From Candidatus Latescibacterota bacterium (GTDB lineage Bacteria > Latescibacterota > UBA2968 > UBA8231), in assembly GCA_963422735.1 (NCBI GenBank), contig OY730476.1, forward strand, positions 3,232,001 through 3,296,000: 64,000 nucleotides of DNA, written 5' to 3'. The translations under genes were made by a program, and so were the position numbers. Below are positions 36,954 through 45,946 of this stretch, piece after piece (within the stretch, counting starts at the first letter, position 1; every line of letters starts with the position of its first letter). Under the pieces are notes generated by a model. It was not told where the DNA came from. It made no database searches and saw nothing but the letters and a program-made list of their open reading frames with translations.

Positions 36954-38221
36954 TCGAAGGTGCTTTCTGGATCGTGCTTACTGGCGTGTTGGTCACTGCG
37001 TCCTGTAGTCTGTTGGGCACCTTCTTGGTGCTGCGCAAGATGTCGCTGTTGGGCGACGCTTTGAGCCACGCCGTGCTGCCTGGGATCGCCGTGGCCTTCC
37101 TGCTGTCGGGCAGCCGTGCGGTGCTGCCGATGTTTTTTGGCGCGGCCGCCTTCGGTTTGGTGACCGCGCTGTTGGTCGAGTCGTTTCACCGGCGGTGGCG
37201 CGTGCAAGAAGACGCGGCTATCGGCATTGTGTTTACCGCGCTTTTCGCGCTGGGCGTGGTAATCATTACCGCGTATGCTGGTCAAGTAGATCTCGATCAA
37301 GAGTGCGTGCTCTACGGCGAGATCGCCTATACCCCTTGGGATCTGCTGCTGTGGGAAGACAAGTCGCTGGGGCCGCGGCCGGTGTGGATATTGGGCGCGG
37401 TACTTGTGATTAATCTGACTGTGATCGCGCTCTTGTACAAGGAATTCAAGATCTCCGCGTTCGATCCGGTCATGGCCATGTCGGTGGGGATCAACGCCGC
37501 GCTGATGCACTATCTCTTGATGGGTTTGGTGGCGCTGACGACGGTGGCGTCGTTTGAGTCCGTAGGCGCGATCTTGGTTGTGGCCATGCTAATCGTGCCC
37601 GGGGCCGCCGCCTATCTGTGGAGCGACCGGCTCATCGCGGTACTGGGTTTAGCCGTGCTTTTTGGGATGGCCTCGGCTGTGGCAGGTTATTTTTTGGCCA
37701 GCTTCTGGAATAGCTCCATCGCCGGTGCCATGGTGGTCGTCATCGGTGGGATATTCCTCTTTTCCCTGCTTTTTTCGCCCAATCAGGGCGTGCTGGCGCG
37801 GGTCTATCAGCGCACGCGGCTGTCGCTGCAAGTGGCGCAAGATCACATGATGCTCGCGCTGGTGCGGCGCGAGGAGGCCGGGCGCACTGGGCTGCGGCCC
37901 GCCGAGTTGGTGGAGGCGGCGGCCGTTTGGAGCCTGCTGGCACGGCTGGCGTTTGGCAATCTGCAGCGGCGGCAACTGCTGGCACAGGCGAATGGCTTGG
38001 TCGAATTGTCCGCAAAGGGCCAACAAGCCGCGCTGCGCCTGTTGCGCAATCACCGGCTTTGGGAGACCTATATGAACCATCTGGGCCTGCCCGAAGACCA
38101 CGTACACGACCCGGCCGACGCGATTGAACACTTCATCGGCAGCGAGCTGGCAGCCGAGTTGGGCGCACAAATCAGCGACGAGCAAGATCCGCAGGGCAAG
38201 CAAATTCCGCCCTCTAATTGA
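36950..38221 (+). CDS. troD: ABC-3 permease fused to a C-terminal DtxR-like domain
   Basis: GDALSHAVLPG, VDLDQECVLYGEI; tail NHRLWETYM...HVHDPADAIEHF...DPQGKQIP. Confidence 0.88.
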   Translation: MIEGAFWIVLTGVLVTASCSLLGTFLVLRKMSLLGDALSHAVLPGIAVAFLLSGSRAVLPMFFGAAAFGLVTALLVESFHRRWRVQEDAAIGIVFTALFALGVVIITAYAGQVDLDQECVLYGEIAYTPWDLLLWEDKSLGPRPVWILGAVLVINLTVIALLYKEFKISAFDPVMAMSVGINAALMHYLLMGLVALTTVASFESVGAILVVAMLIVPGAAAYLWSDRLIAVLGLAVLFGMASAVAGYFLASFWNSSIAGAMVVVIGGIFLFSLLFSPNQGVLARVYQRTRLSLQVAQDHMMLALVRREEAGRTGLRPAELVEAAAVWSLLARLAFGNLQRRQLLAQANGLVELSAKGQQAALRLLRNHRLWETYMNHLGLPEDHVHDPADAIEHFIGSELAAELGAQISDEQDPQGKQIPPSN

Positions 38222-38234
38222 TGCCGAGGCAAAC

Positions 38235-38834
38235 GTGATCCGGCTAAAGAGCAAAGATGCAGATATCAAGAGAACCTATGCGCGAGATCTGTGGACTGCG
38301 GTGGGGTTTGTGGTCCTGTTGTTGGCCGCGGTGGTGGCGATTAATCCGCAGATTGCGTTCGATGGCAGTAGGCCCGTGCAGTGGCCTGCTATCATTGAGA
38401 TAGGTCTCGTTCCTGCAACCGAGATGCGGCTGCCCTTGCCGCTACCGGTCCGAAGTGTTGAGCCGGTGGCGTACGCGCCGCCCGTGCGCGAATATAAACT
38501 GCCGCCACCCGTGGTGGTAACCGAGTTCCCTTTGGAGAAGGAAGTGGAGGCCGCGGAGTTGTGGATGGTGGAGCTGCCGCCGAAGGTGCTTAAGAAAATT
38601 CTGCCGGCCTATCCCGACAGTGCGCGGAGAGCACTGGTGGAGGGCAAGGTCTTTGCGCGGGTGCTGGTGGGTCGGGAGGGGCGGGTCGAGCGCATCGACC
38701 GTATCGAGGGGCCGCAGGTCTTCCAGCGCGAGGTGGCGCAGGCCGCCAAGGCTTGGGAGTTTGTGCCGGCTGTGCAAAACGACCGCGCCGTCCCGGTGTG
38801 GGTCAGCTTGCCGTTTGTGTTCAAGATGGAGTAA
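38235..38834 (+). CDS. TonB-family energy transducer
   Basis: Single TM, Pro-rich linker, PAYPDSARRALVEGKV, WEFVPAVQN..VPVWVSLPFVF. Confidence 0.85.
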   Translation: MIRLKSKDADIKRTYARDLWTAVGFVVLLLAAVVAINPQIAFDGSRPVQWPAIIEIGLVPATEMRLPLPLPVRSVEPVAYAPPVREYKLPPPVVVTEFPLEKEVEAAELWMVELPPKVLKKILPAYPDSARRALVEGKVFARVLVGREGRVERIDRIEGPQVFQREVAQAAKAWEFVPAVQNDRAVPVWVSLPFVFKME

Positions 38835-39158
38835 TCAGCCGCCAGCGCGCTTGGCCTGATAGCCGCGCTTGGCTAGCTCGGCGAGCACGACATCCACTTT
38901 GTCCCCTTGAATTTCTATTACGCGATCGACGACCGACCCGCCGCTGCCGCATTTGCGTTTGAGCTCGGAGGCGAGGGCCTTCAGTTCGGCTGCGGACAGC
39001 CGCAGGCCTGAGATCGTGGTCGCAGTCTTGCCGGCGCGGCCCTTTTTCTCGCGGCGCACGCGGGCAATGCCATCGCCGGTGGGTGCGGCGGCCTGCTTTT
39101 TCGGCTGCGGTACGCGGCCAGTATCAGAGGAATACACGAGGCGGCTGTTTTTAGCCAT
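38835..39158 (-). CDS. yciH: SUI1/YciH translation initiation factor homologue
   Basis: SRLVYSSDTGR, REKKGRAGK, LKRKCGSGGS, IEIQGD, KRAGG. Confidence 0.92.
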   Translation of the reverse strand: MAKNSRLVYSSDTGRVPQPKKQAAAPTGDGIARVRREKKGRAGKTATTISGLRLSAAELKALASELKRKCGSGGSVVDRVIEIQGDKVDVVLAELAKRGYQAKRAGG

Positions 39159-39963
39159 GATTGGGGTTCTCCATCCCATGTCCCGCCGCCCGCCGCTCTT
39201 GGACCACGCGCAGGGTCTCGTCGCGCCACGCCGCAAACTCGTCGGTATCTACTGAGTCGTGCAGGGTCGCCCTTTTGGCGTAGGGCACGTAGTTGCCGAT
39301 GTGCCATAGCGTGTTGCGGTAGAGGCAAAAGTCGCCGGCGTTGAGGAAGATCTGCCGGGCACTAGGCATACTTTGTGCGTATTCGCGGCAGATAGACTCG
39401 CGTTCGGTAGCGGATTGTCCTTCGAGATCGGGCTTGGCAATGGGGCGCTTGGGGAAGCGCGCTACTTCGCACGGCAGGTCGCGGCGCAGGTGGCTGCCAG
39501 GGACGACCCAAGTGCATGAGTCGGCGTACAGGGCGCAGTTGACTTGGTTGAAGTAGCGGTCGTCGGCAAAGTGCTCGTCCCAGCGAGCCAGCTCCAAGCC
39601 GGGCATATTGTCGCGCCAGTCGCGGTGCCAGTGGGTACACCACGGCCACTCGGCTGGCTCGAAGAGTACGCCCATGACCTGCGAGCCGCCGACGCGGAAA
39701 CCTGGCGAAAACAGGCGGTGCAATGCGTCGTTGAGCGCCGGGAGCGCGGCGTAGTCGGCGAAGGGTTGCTGGTTGAGCGGGAAGTCGGCCATTGGCTGCA
39801 AGCGCTGGGTTTGAGGGCCGCGCTGTTGGCGAGCCAAGTCCCGCGCCTCGTCGCAGACTCGGCGCAGATCGGCGACTAAGGAAAGCGGGAGGATTTGGCG
39901 GAAGACCGTGTAGCCCTGAGTGCGGTACTCGTCGATGTGGCGGTCGGAAAAGACGAAAGTCAT
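39151..39963 (-). CDS. PhyH family Fe(II)/2OG dioxygenase
   Basis: YRTQGY, WHRD facial-triad start, WVVPGSH, LNAGD..WH. Confidence 0.85.
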   Translation of the reverse strand: MTFVFSDRHIDEYRTQGYTVFRQILPLSLVADLRRVCDEARDLARQQRGPQTQRLQPMADFPLNQQPFADYAALPALNDALHRLFSPGFRVGGSQVMGVLFEPAEWPWCTHWHRDWRDNMPGLELARWDEHFADDRYFNQVNCALYADSCTWVVPGSHLRRDLPCEVARFPKRPIAKPDLEGQSATERESICREYAQSMPSARQIFLNAGDFCLYRNTLWHIGNYVPYAKRATLHDSVDTDEFAAWRDETLRVVQERRAAGHGMENPNHG

Positions 39964-40050
39964 GGCAAGGGCAGTTTTTGGTTAATTTGGTGATTCGGTT
40001 ATTTCCTCTAGTACGCGCTCTCGCAGGCCCAATACCGTAGGATCGGCCAC

Positions 40051-40761
40051 TCATACGTGCGCCACGTGAAAGCCTTGGGGCGGCTCGAAGTGCTCGGCGC
40101 GTTTGCCGATATAGTGGCAGATAAAACTGCGCCGCCAGCGGTCGGCGGTCTGGTTGGGGTAGGAGCCGTGGATGGTCTTGCCGTCGAAGAAGAGGCCGTC
40201 GCCCGGGGCCATGTCGAGGCCGACGATTGCGGCTCCGGGAGGTAGCTGGCTCTGAGCACGGGTGAAGGAGATATTCGCATCGGCCTTTTCAACGGGCCGG
40301 AGTTGGCCGTGAGAGCCGGGGGCGACGACCATCTGGCCCACGGCGTCGTCGGACGGGTCGAGGGCGATCCACAGGCCGATCAGTGGCTCGGTGGTGATGT
40401 ACTGTTCGTCTTGGTGTAGACCTTGACCGCGGCCGCCGGGCGGCTTGAAGTAGAGCATGGTCTGGCGCAGGACGGGCTCGTCGTAGATGAGCTGTTCGAC
40501 CGCGGAGAGCAGATCGGGGCGGGTAGCCCAAGTGGCACTGGCGGGGTCCCAGTTGTGCATGTTGATCATGCGCGGATAGGTGTGGTTGGGGTCGTCGGGC
40601 CGGTCGTCAGTACCGCCGCTGTCGCCCGGATGGGGGCCTTGGGCGCGTAGTTCCATGTAGTGGTCAATCATGGCCTCGGCTTGGTCGGGCGCGAAAACCC
40701 TCGGCACGGTGAGATAGCCTTGGTCGCGGTAGGATTGTACTTGGGTGGCGTTGAGGTGCAT
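40051..40761 (-). CDS. PhyH family Fe(II)/2OG dioxygenase
   Basis: YFKPPGGRGQGLHQD, WIALD, PGSH, MAPGDGLFF..IHGS.PN...WRRSFICHY. Confidence 0.9.
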   Translation of the reverse strand: MHLNATQVQSYRDQGYLTVPRVFAPDQAEAMIDHYMELRAQGPHPGDSGGTDDRPDDPNHTYPRMINMHNWDPASATWATRPDLLSAVEQLIYDEPVLRQTMLYFKPPGGRGQGLHQDEQYITTEPLIGLWIALDPSDDAVGQMVVAPGSHGQLRPVEKADANISFTRAQSQLPPGAAIVGLDMAPGDGLFFDGKTIHGSYPNQTADRWRRSFICHYIGKRAEHFEPPQGFHVAHV

Positions 40762-40838
40762 GGCAGACTAATTCCTAAGTGATGAACGGCTGCCTCGTAA
40801 TTTAGCGAACATGATCACGGGCTTCAACCAATGACGGA

Positions 40839-41978
40839 TTACCACTCGGCCACGCGCTTTTTGGCGAAATAAGCTCGGTCCCACTCGGCTCCCCAGCCGG
40901 GGCCGGTCGGCGGTGCGATGTGGCCATCGATAGGGAGTGGGGGATTGAGCAGGCCGATCTCGCGGCCGACTTCGTCGCGGCTGCCACCGGGAAAGTACTC
41001 GTAGTACGTGGTGTTTTGCAGGGCGCAGACTAGATGGGCGTGAACTAAGCCAAAGAGCCCGCCTGGACCATTGAGTTCAATCGTGGTGCGATAGGCGGCG
41101 GCCATAGCAGCGAGTTTGAGGGTAGCCGTGGTGCCGTGACGGGCGTTGGCGCGGACGAGGTCCGTAGCCTCGGCGCTAACCCAAGCAATGCAGAGTTCGT
41201 GGTCGTGCATTAGGGTCTCAAGGGCCATAACGGGTATGTCGAGTTCGGCGCACAGCGTTTGCAAGCCCTGGAGATCGCGGTCGGAAATCGCCTCCTCGAA
41301 CCAGCTGTAGTTGAGTTCTTCCAGCGCGCGGCCAACGCGCAGGGCTTCGCGCAGGGTGTAGGGGCTGCCGGCCGCGTCGTGCAATAGATCGACGTTCGGG
41401 CCGACGTGATCGCGGATGGTACGCGACCAAGCGATATTGGTGTCGAGGGGGCCGGACCAGTGGTCTTTGAGTGCCACAAAGCCCGCTGCGAGTGCTTGGT
41501 CTGCTCCTTCTAAGGCGGTGTCGAGGCTGCCGGAGGGGAAGTTGTAATAGGCCCGGCAGCGCGAACGCGCTTGGCCGATTAGAGCGCAAACTGGGAGACC
41601 GGCGGCTTGCCCGGCAATGTCCCAGAGGCAATTGTCGAAAGCTCCGTGCCAGCCCGGACGCGAAAACAGCGAGCGGGTAGCCCAGCGCAGCTTGTCGTCG
41701 AGCTGTTCGCGGTAGAGCGGGTCTTGGCCAACTGCCATGATTCGCAGGGTCTCTAGTTCCTCGCGGCGCATGGTCTGGTAGCGGGCGTCGCCGACGGTGC
41801 AGATACCCTCCAAGCCTTCGTCGGTCAGCACGTGCAGCACGTGGATGGGAGCCTCGGCGCGGCGATGGCCGCAGGGCTGCCAGCGGGTGCGATGGCCGTA
41901 GGGGACTTGTTCTAGATCGAAGAGGGGGGTGGTAGCTGGAAGCTCGAAAACCGAGAGCTTTATGGCTGTGATTTTCAT
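40839..41978 (-). CDS. Mandelate racemase/muconate lactonising (enolase superfamily) protein
   Basis: MKITAIK start, DNCLWDIAG, metal ligands D/E/E (HDAAG, WFEEA, ALET), PTGPGWG. Confidence 0.85.
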   Translation of the reverse strand: MKITAIKLSVFELPATTPLFDLEQVPYGHRTRWQPCGHRRAEAPIHVLHVLTDEGLEGICTVGDARYQTMRREELETLRIMAVGQDPLYREQLDDKLRWATRSLFSRPGWHGAFDNCLWDIAGQAAGLPVCALIGQARSRCRAYYNFPSGSLDTALEGADQALAAGFVALKDHWSGPLDTNIAWSRTIRDHVGPNVDLLHDAAGSPYTLREALRVGRALEELNYSWFEEAISDRDLQGLQTLCAELDIPVMALETLMHDHELCIAWVSAEATDLVRANARHGTTATLKLAAMAAAYRTTIELNGPGGLFGLVHAHLVCALQNTTYYEYFPGGSRDEVGREIGLLNPPLPIDGHIAPPTGPGWGAEWDRAYFAKKRVAEW

Positions 41979-42081
41979 AAGTTTGGCGCAGTTTGCGGTG
42001 GAAATGGGCCACCAGCGGGCCGATATAGTGTACCTGTGGATTCCATTTCCTCCGCGAACGAGTCCTCTTGTTTGCTCACCG

Positions 42082-42366
42082 CTAGCGAACGGCTTGGACT
42101 TTGAAGTGTAAACCTTCGCGCTTTTGAAGGCATCCGATGATCTCAAACAGGTTCCGGGCTTGGGGGTTGCTGTTTGGGCTGAACATGCGCATTAAGCTCT
42201 TGGGCGACTTCGCGGTCAACCCGCCTAACGCCTGAAAACCAATGGTTGCGTTGATGCAGTCGCGCAATACCGCCTTGCCCGAAAGCTTGAGCAGTTCCTC
42301 GCGGAAGGTCGGATCGCGCTCTATGCTCACTTGGATCGTTTCCTTGAAATTTCGCGTCAGAACCAT
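42082..42366 (-). CDS. Orphan addiction-module antitoxin (HTH), apparently internally deleted
   Basis: LTRNFKETI..RDPTFREELL, GKAVLRD.INATIGF, KSLMRMF.P..NPQARNLF; the segment between EELLK and GKAVL looks shortened; no toxin gene upstream. Confidence 0.65.
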   Translation of the reverse strand: MVLTRNFKETIQVSIERDPTFREELLKLSGKAVLRDCINATIGFQALGGLTAKSPKSLMRMFSPNSNPQARNLFEIIGCLQKREGLHFKVQAVR

Positions 42367-42473
42367 AGTTTTCAAATCTCCCGTCGCTTGCGTCGCTTAT
42401 ATTCTCACAATAGGTAACCGGATATGGTTCCATTTGGCAAGTTCCTGCCGCGGGAGTGATCTACCGCAGTTTT

Positions 42474-42503
42474 TTGCGTCCTTTTCTGGTCACTTGCGTC
42501 TTA
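42474..42503 (+). promoter_or_regulatory. Candidate ECF (SigZ) promoter
   Basis: TTGCGTC repeated with 20-bp period; the downstream CGTC matches a typical ECF -10; lies just upstream of the arsI/cadI-sigZ pair. Confidence 0.45.
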
Positions 42504-42533
42504 TCAGTTAAAGGATAATGGAAGGAGCAAGTT

Positions 42534-42953
42534 ATGCGTTTGCAATTGGCCCTGAACGTCAGTGATTTGGATGAAGCCGTCGCTTATTACGGTGAACTTT
42601 TCAACGCCAAGCCTCACAAGCGGCACCCCGGTTATGCCAACTTTGCCATCGATCAACCGCCGTTGAAGTTGGTGCTATTTGAGAATCCAGAAGCGGCAGA
42701 ACGCCTCAATCATCTAGGCGTTGAAGCGCTTGCAGAAGCCGAGGTGAGCGACGCCGAGCAACGACTGCGGAACGCGGGCATTTTGACCGAAGTGCAACAG
42801 AACGAAACCTGTTGCCACGCGACCCAGAACAAAGTCTGGTCGAGCGATCCGCAAGGCTTGCGTTGGGAGTGGTATCGCATCATCGATGACAAGCCGGCGG
42901 AGCGTGTCTGCTCCCCCCGCGATTCTGGTGAAAAAGATAGCTGCTGCGCATGA
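42534..42953 (+). CDS. ArsI/CadI family VOC metalloenzyme
   Basis: RLQLALNVSDL, PGYANFAI.QPPLKLVL, LNHLGVE, TCCHATQNKVW..DPQG..WEWY; C-terminal SCCA. Confidence 0.88.
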   Translation: MRLQLALNVSDLDEAVAYYGELFNAKPHKRHPGYANFAIDQPPLKLVLFENPEAAERLNHLGVEALAEAEVSDAEQRLRNAGILTEVQQNETCCHATQNKVWSSDPQGLRWEWYRIIDDKPAERVCSPRDSGEKDSCCA

Positions 42954-43546
42954 TCACTAAGACGCAGATCGGCCCGCAAGCCCGCCTCGGCCAAGACAAT
43001 TGGCGGGATTTCCAGACGAGCTTGCGCACCTATGTGGGTCGCCGGGTCGAAGCGGGCGCAGTAGAAGACGTCGTAGGCGACATCCTGCTGCTGCTCGCCC
43101 GCCATCAGGACCGGCTCGCCGTTGCTGATGAGCCGGCCGCTTGGGTGTTCCGCGTTGCTGCCAACGCGATCGCGGATCACCATCGTCGCCGTGCTGCGGA
43201 GGCACGGGCGTTGGCACAATATGCCGCGGAAATCGAGCAGCACGGCGGTGCGTCTGGTGATGCGAGCAGCACCGCCGAAATTGCCGCGTGTCTGACGCCT
43301 GTTATCCGCAACCTGCCGCAACCTTATGCGGAAGCGCTGCTGCTCACAGACATCGCAGGTCTCAACCAAACAGAAGCGGCGGCTCGCCTCGGCCTTTCCA
43401 CTTCCGGTATGAAATCCCGCGTGCAGCGCGGCCGTTCCAAGCTGAAACAGGCGATACTGCGTTGCTGTGCCGTTGCGCTCGATTGCCGCGGTGGGGTAAT
43501 TGACTGCGAACCGCGCAGCAGCACCAAGCTTCAAAACGAGAGTTAG
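42950..43546 (+). CDS. sigZ: ECF sigma factor, SigZ-like
   Basis: AWVFRVAANAIADHHR (sigma2), LPQPYAEALLL..GL...EAA.RLGLS.SGMKSRVQRGR (sigma4), RCC...D.RG tail. Confidence 0.85.
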   Translation: MITKTQIGPQARLGQDNWRDFQTSLRTYVGRRVEAGAVEDVVGDILLLLARHQDRLAVADEPAAWVFRVAANAIADHHRRRAAEARALAQYAAEIEQHGGASGDASSTAEIAACLTPVIRNLPQPYAEALLLTDIAGLNQTEAAARLGLSTSGMKSRVQRGRSKLKQAILRCCAVALDCRGGVIDCEPRSSTKLQNES

Positions 43547-43642
43547 CATTGAAGACCGACTGATCTGTTGGTTGCCGCCTATGGCGACCAATGTTTACGC
43601 TCTCGGCTTTCGCCTTCACAAGTAGTCTCCGGCGTCGCCTGT

Positions 43643-44612
43643 TCACGCCCGCTCGCCGCGCACGAGTTGATCCAGCGTGGCTACGTCGTCTCTACTGCCG
43701 ATGAACAGGGGTGCGCTGATGCAACTCGGTCGCCTGCAAGTCCATGATGGGCTGGGTTCTGATTGGAGGCCGCGCCCCCGGCTTGTTCAACGACAAAGGC
43801 GAGAGGCGCGGCTTGCCACTGGGCGACTTGCTGTCGCCGGGGTAGAGGAAAATGCCGCCCTTGAGCAGGTTGCGGTGGAAGTCGGCCACGAGCGAGCCGA
43901 TGTAGCGCGCTGAGTAGGATTGCGGACCTTCTTTGAGCTGATCGACGTAGCGGCGCACCGGCGCGTCCCATTTGAGATAGTTGCCCTCGTTCGCGCTGTA
44001 GTACTGGCCGCGCTTAGGGATCTGGATGTACTCGTGGGAGAGCAGAAATTCGCCGAGGCCTGGGTCGAGGGTAAAGCCGTGGCTACCGCTGCTAGTGGTA
44101 TAGACTAGCATGGTGCTGGAGCCGTAGATGATGTAGCCGGCGCAGACTTGCTCGTGGCCGCGGCGGAAGAAGTCGCTGCGGGTAACGCTGTGGGTGCTTT
44201 TCTTGCGATAGATGGAGAAGATGGTGCCAATGGAGACGTTCACGTCTATATTGGACGAGCCGTCAACCGGATCAAAGACGAGGAGGTAGTTGCCGCGCGG
44301 GTGTCTTTCCGGGATGGGGTAAATATCGTCCATCTCTTCGGACGCCATGCCGGCCAGTCGCCCGGTGTGGTCGGTGGTGCGGATGACGGTAGTGTTGGCG
44401 AACGCATCGAGCTTTTGCACTTCTTCGCCGTGAATGTTGGTGCGACCGGTCAGGCCCATTACTTCGGCGAGGCCGGCCTTGTTTACGTCGCGCGCGATGA
44501 TTTTGGCCGCGCTGGTTAGGTCGGTGAGTAGGCCGGTAAATTCGCCGGTGGCCTCGGGGTGCTGCCGCTCTTCTTCGATGATGAAGCGAGTGAGGGTAGT
44601 GCCTATTTGCAT
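43643..44612 (-). pseudogene. fbp: Class 1 fructose-1,6-bisphosphatase with 3' frameshifts
   Basis: NIHGEEVQKLD, SEE, FDPVDGSSNID, ARYIGSLVADFHRNLLKGGIFLYP intact; GKLRLLYE motif deleted; remaining C-terminal motifs split across frames. Confidence 0.85.
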
Positions 44613-44698
44613 GAGGGATCTGGCATCAATTGAGGGTGTTTGACATGGGATGGGATAAAACAATACAATCCCGTCTATCCTGTCCATCCTGTTAATCG

Positions 44699-44874
44699 CT
44701 GATGTTACGCATCGTCCTGCCAGTGCGCTAGGCACTAGTCGCCATAGAGATACTTCGCTTCCACCGCCCTCCGCTGCGCTCCAGCTCAGCATGACAGGGC
44801 TAGCACTGTCTTTGCCTGTCATGCTAAGGTGGAGCTGAAGCATCTCATACCTAGGGGCCCGTGCGTAAAATCAG
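44699..44874. mobile_element. MITE-like element with 13-bp terminal inverted repeats and an internal REP-like doublet
   Basis: CTGATGTTACGCA ... TGCGTAAAATCAG (12/13 match); internal GAGATACTTCG...AGCATGACAGG / CCTGTCATGCT...GAAGCATCTC inverted pair; no ORF. Confidence 0.8.
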
Positions 44875-44913
44875 TTGATCACAGTTAACGCCACTGAGGG
44901 AGAACGAGAGACA

Positions 44914-45732
44914 ATGATCAAATTGGCGACTATGAGCAGCGCGTGTCCAGACTGGACCTTGGACGAGGTCGTCGCTGGCATGAAGCGGCACGGCTATCAG
45001 GGGTTTGAGCCGCGGGTCGAATGGGATCATGCCTGTGGCATTGAGGCCGCGCTTGCGGCCAAAGAGCGGCCGGGCATTCGCCGGCGGATGGAAGACGAGG
45101 GACTGGAAATCTGCTGCATTGCAACCGGGGCGCGGATGGCTGCGCCCGACGCGGCGGAGCGGGCCGGGCACGTGGAGGACGTAAAAAAGTACATCGACTT
45201 AGCGGCTGATTTAGGCTGTGGCTTGGTGCGGGTTTTCGGCGGCCAGCGCGACCGGAGTCGCGAGTGGGCTGTGGTCGTTGATTATGTGGTGGAGGGCTTT
45301 GTGCAGGTGTTGCCCACGGCGGCTGAATGCGGAGTAACGTTGCTGCTGGAAACGCACGACGATTGGTGCTGTTCTGCGCCAGTGCGCGCCGTTGTCGAGC
45401 GGGCTGGGCACCCGAATTTGCAGGTGTTGTGGGATTTTATGCACACGCAGCGGATGCTAGAAGAGCCAGCCGAGAGCTTCCAACTGTTGGGCGCGCACAC
45501 GCGCCACATCCATGCCCACGACGGGATGATTGTCGATAGCAAGTTGCAGGTCAGCGATGTGCTAGGCGCGGGCGTCTTCGATCACGCCGAGCCGTTGCGC
45601 CTACTCGCGGAGGCTGGGTTTGCTGGGTATTGCTCGGTGGAAGTGATCTATAAGCGCGGCAGCGGAGATCGGGCCGATGCGGTGCTTGGGCAATATGCCG
45701 AGGGGCTGCGGGGAATTATGGCTGGTTTTTGA
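44914..45732 (+). CDS. Sugar phosphate isomerase/epimerase (AP_endonuc_2 TIM barrel)
   Basis: GYQGFE, LLLETHDD, LWDFMH, HIHAHD, SVE metal ligands. Confidence 0.85.
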   Translation: MIKLATMSSACPDWTLDEVVAGMKRHGYQGFEPRVEWDHACGIEAALAAKERPGIRRRMEDEGLEICCIATGARMAAPDAAERAGHVEDVKKYIDLAADLGCGLVRVFGGQRDRSREWAVVVDYVVEGFVQVLPTAAECGVTLLLETHDDWCCSAPVRAVVERAGHPNLQVLWDFMHTQRMLEEPAESFQLLGAHTRHIHAHDGMIVDSKLQVSDVLGAGVFDHAEPLRLLAEAGFAGYCSVEVIYKRGSGDRADAVLGQYAEGLRGIMAGF

Positions 45733-45754
45733 AGGGACGCTTCCTCTGCTTGGC

Positions 45755-45787
45755 AAGGCCCGTCGATCTTCTGATTGGCGGGCTTTT
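45755..45787 (+). terminator. Rho-independent terminator
   Basis: AAGGCCCGTCGATC-loop-GATTGGCGGGCTTTT just after the stop at 45732. Confidence 0.7.
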
Positions 45788-45946
45788 CGTTCTCGAATGT
45801 TCGGGCGATTATCGTTGCGCTAGCGGGCTATGCTAAAAAGTCGGCAAAGCCCGTGTGCTGCTGGCATCTTCGGCCTGAGTTCCTATCTTAAAGCCTCTTT
45901 TGCGAGTGAGACGCCCGCGTCCCCAGACGATAAATGGAGTGCATGT

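Noticed and set aside
38235-38834. TonB as the energiser of the 8.6-25.2 kb envelope cluster
   Set aside because: It lies 13 kb away behind the tro operon, and no TonB box or plug could be recognised in the putative barrels
44642-44696. GACA.GGGATGGGAT...ATCCCGTCTATCCTGTC hairpin as an fbp riboswitch
   Set aside because: Looks like a generic REP-type palindrome abutting the MITE; no aptamer consensus recognised
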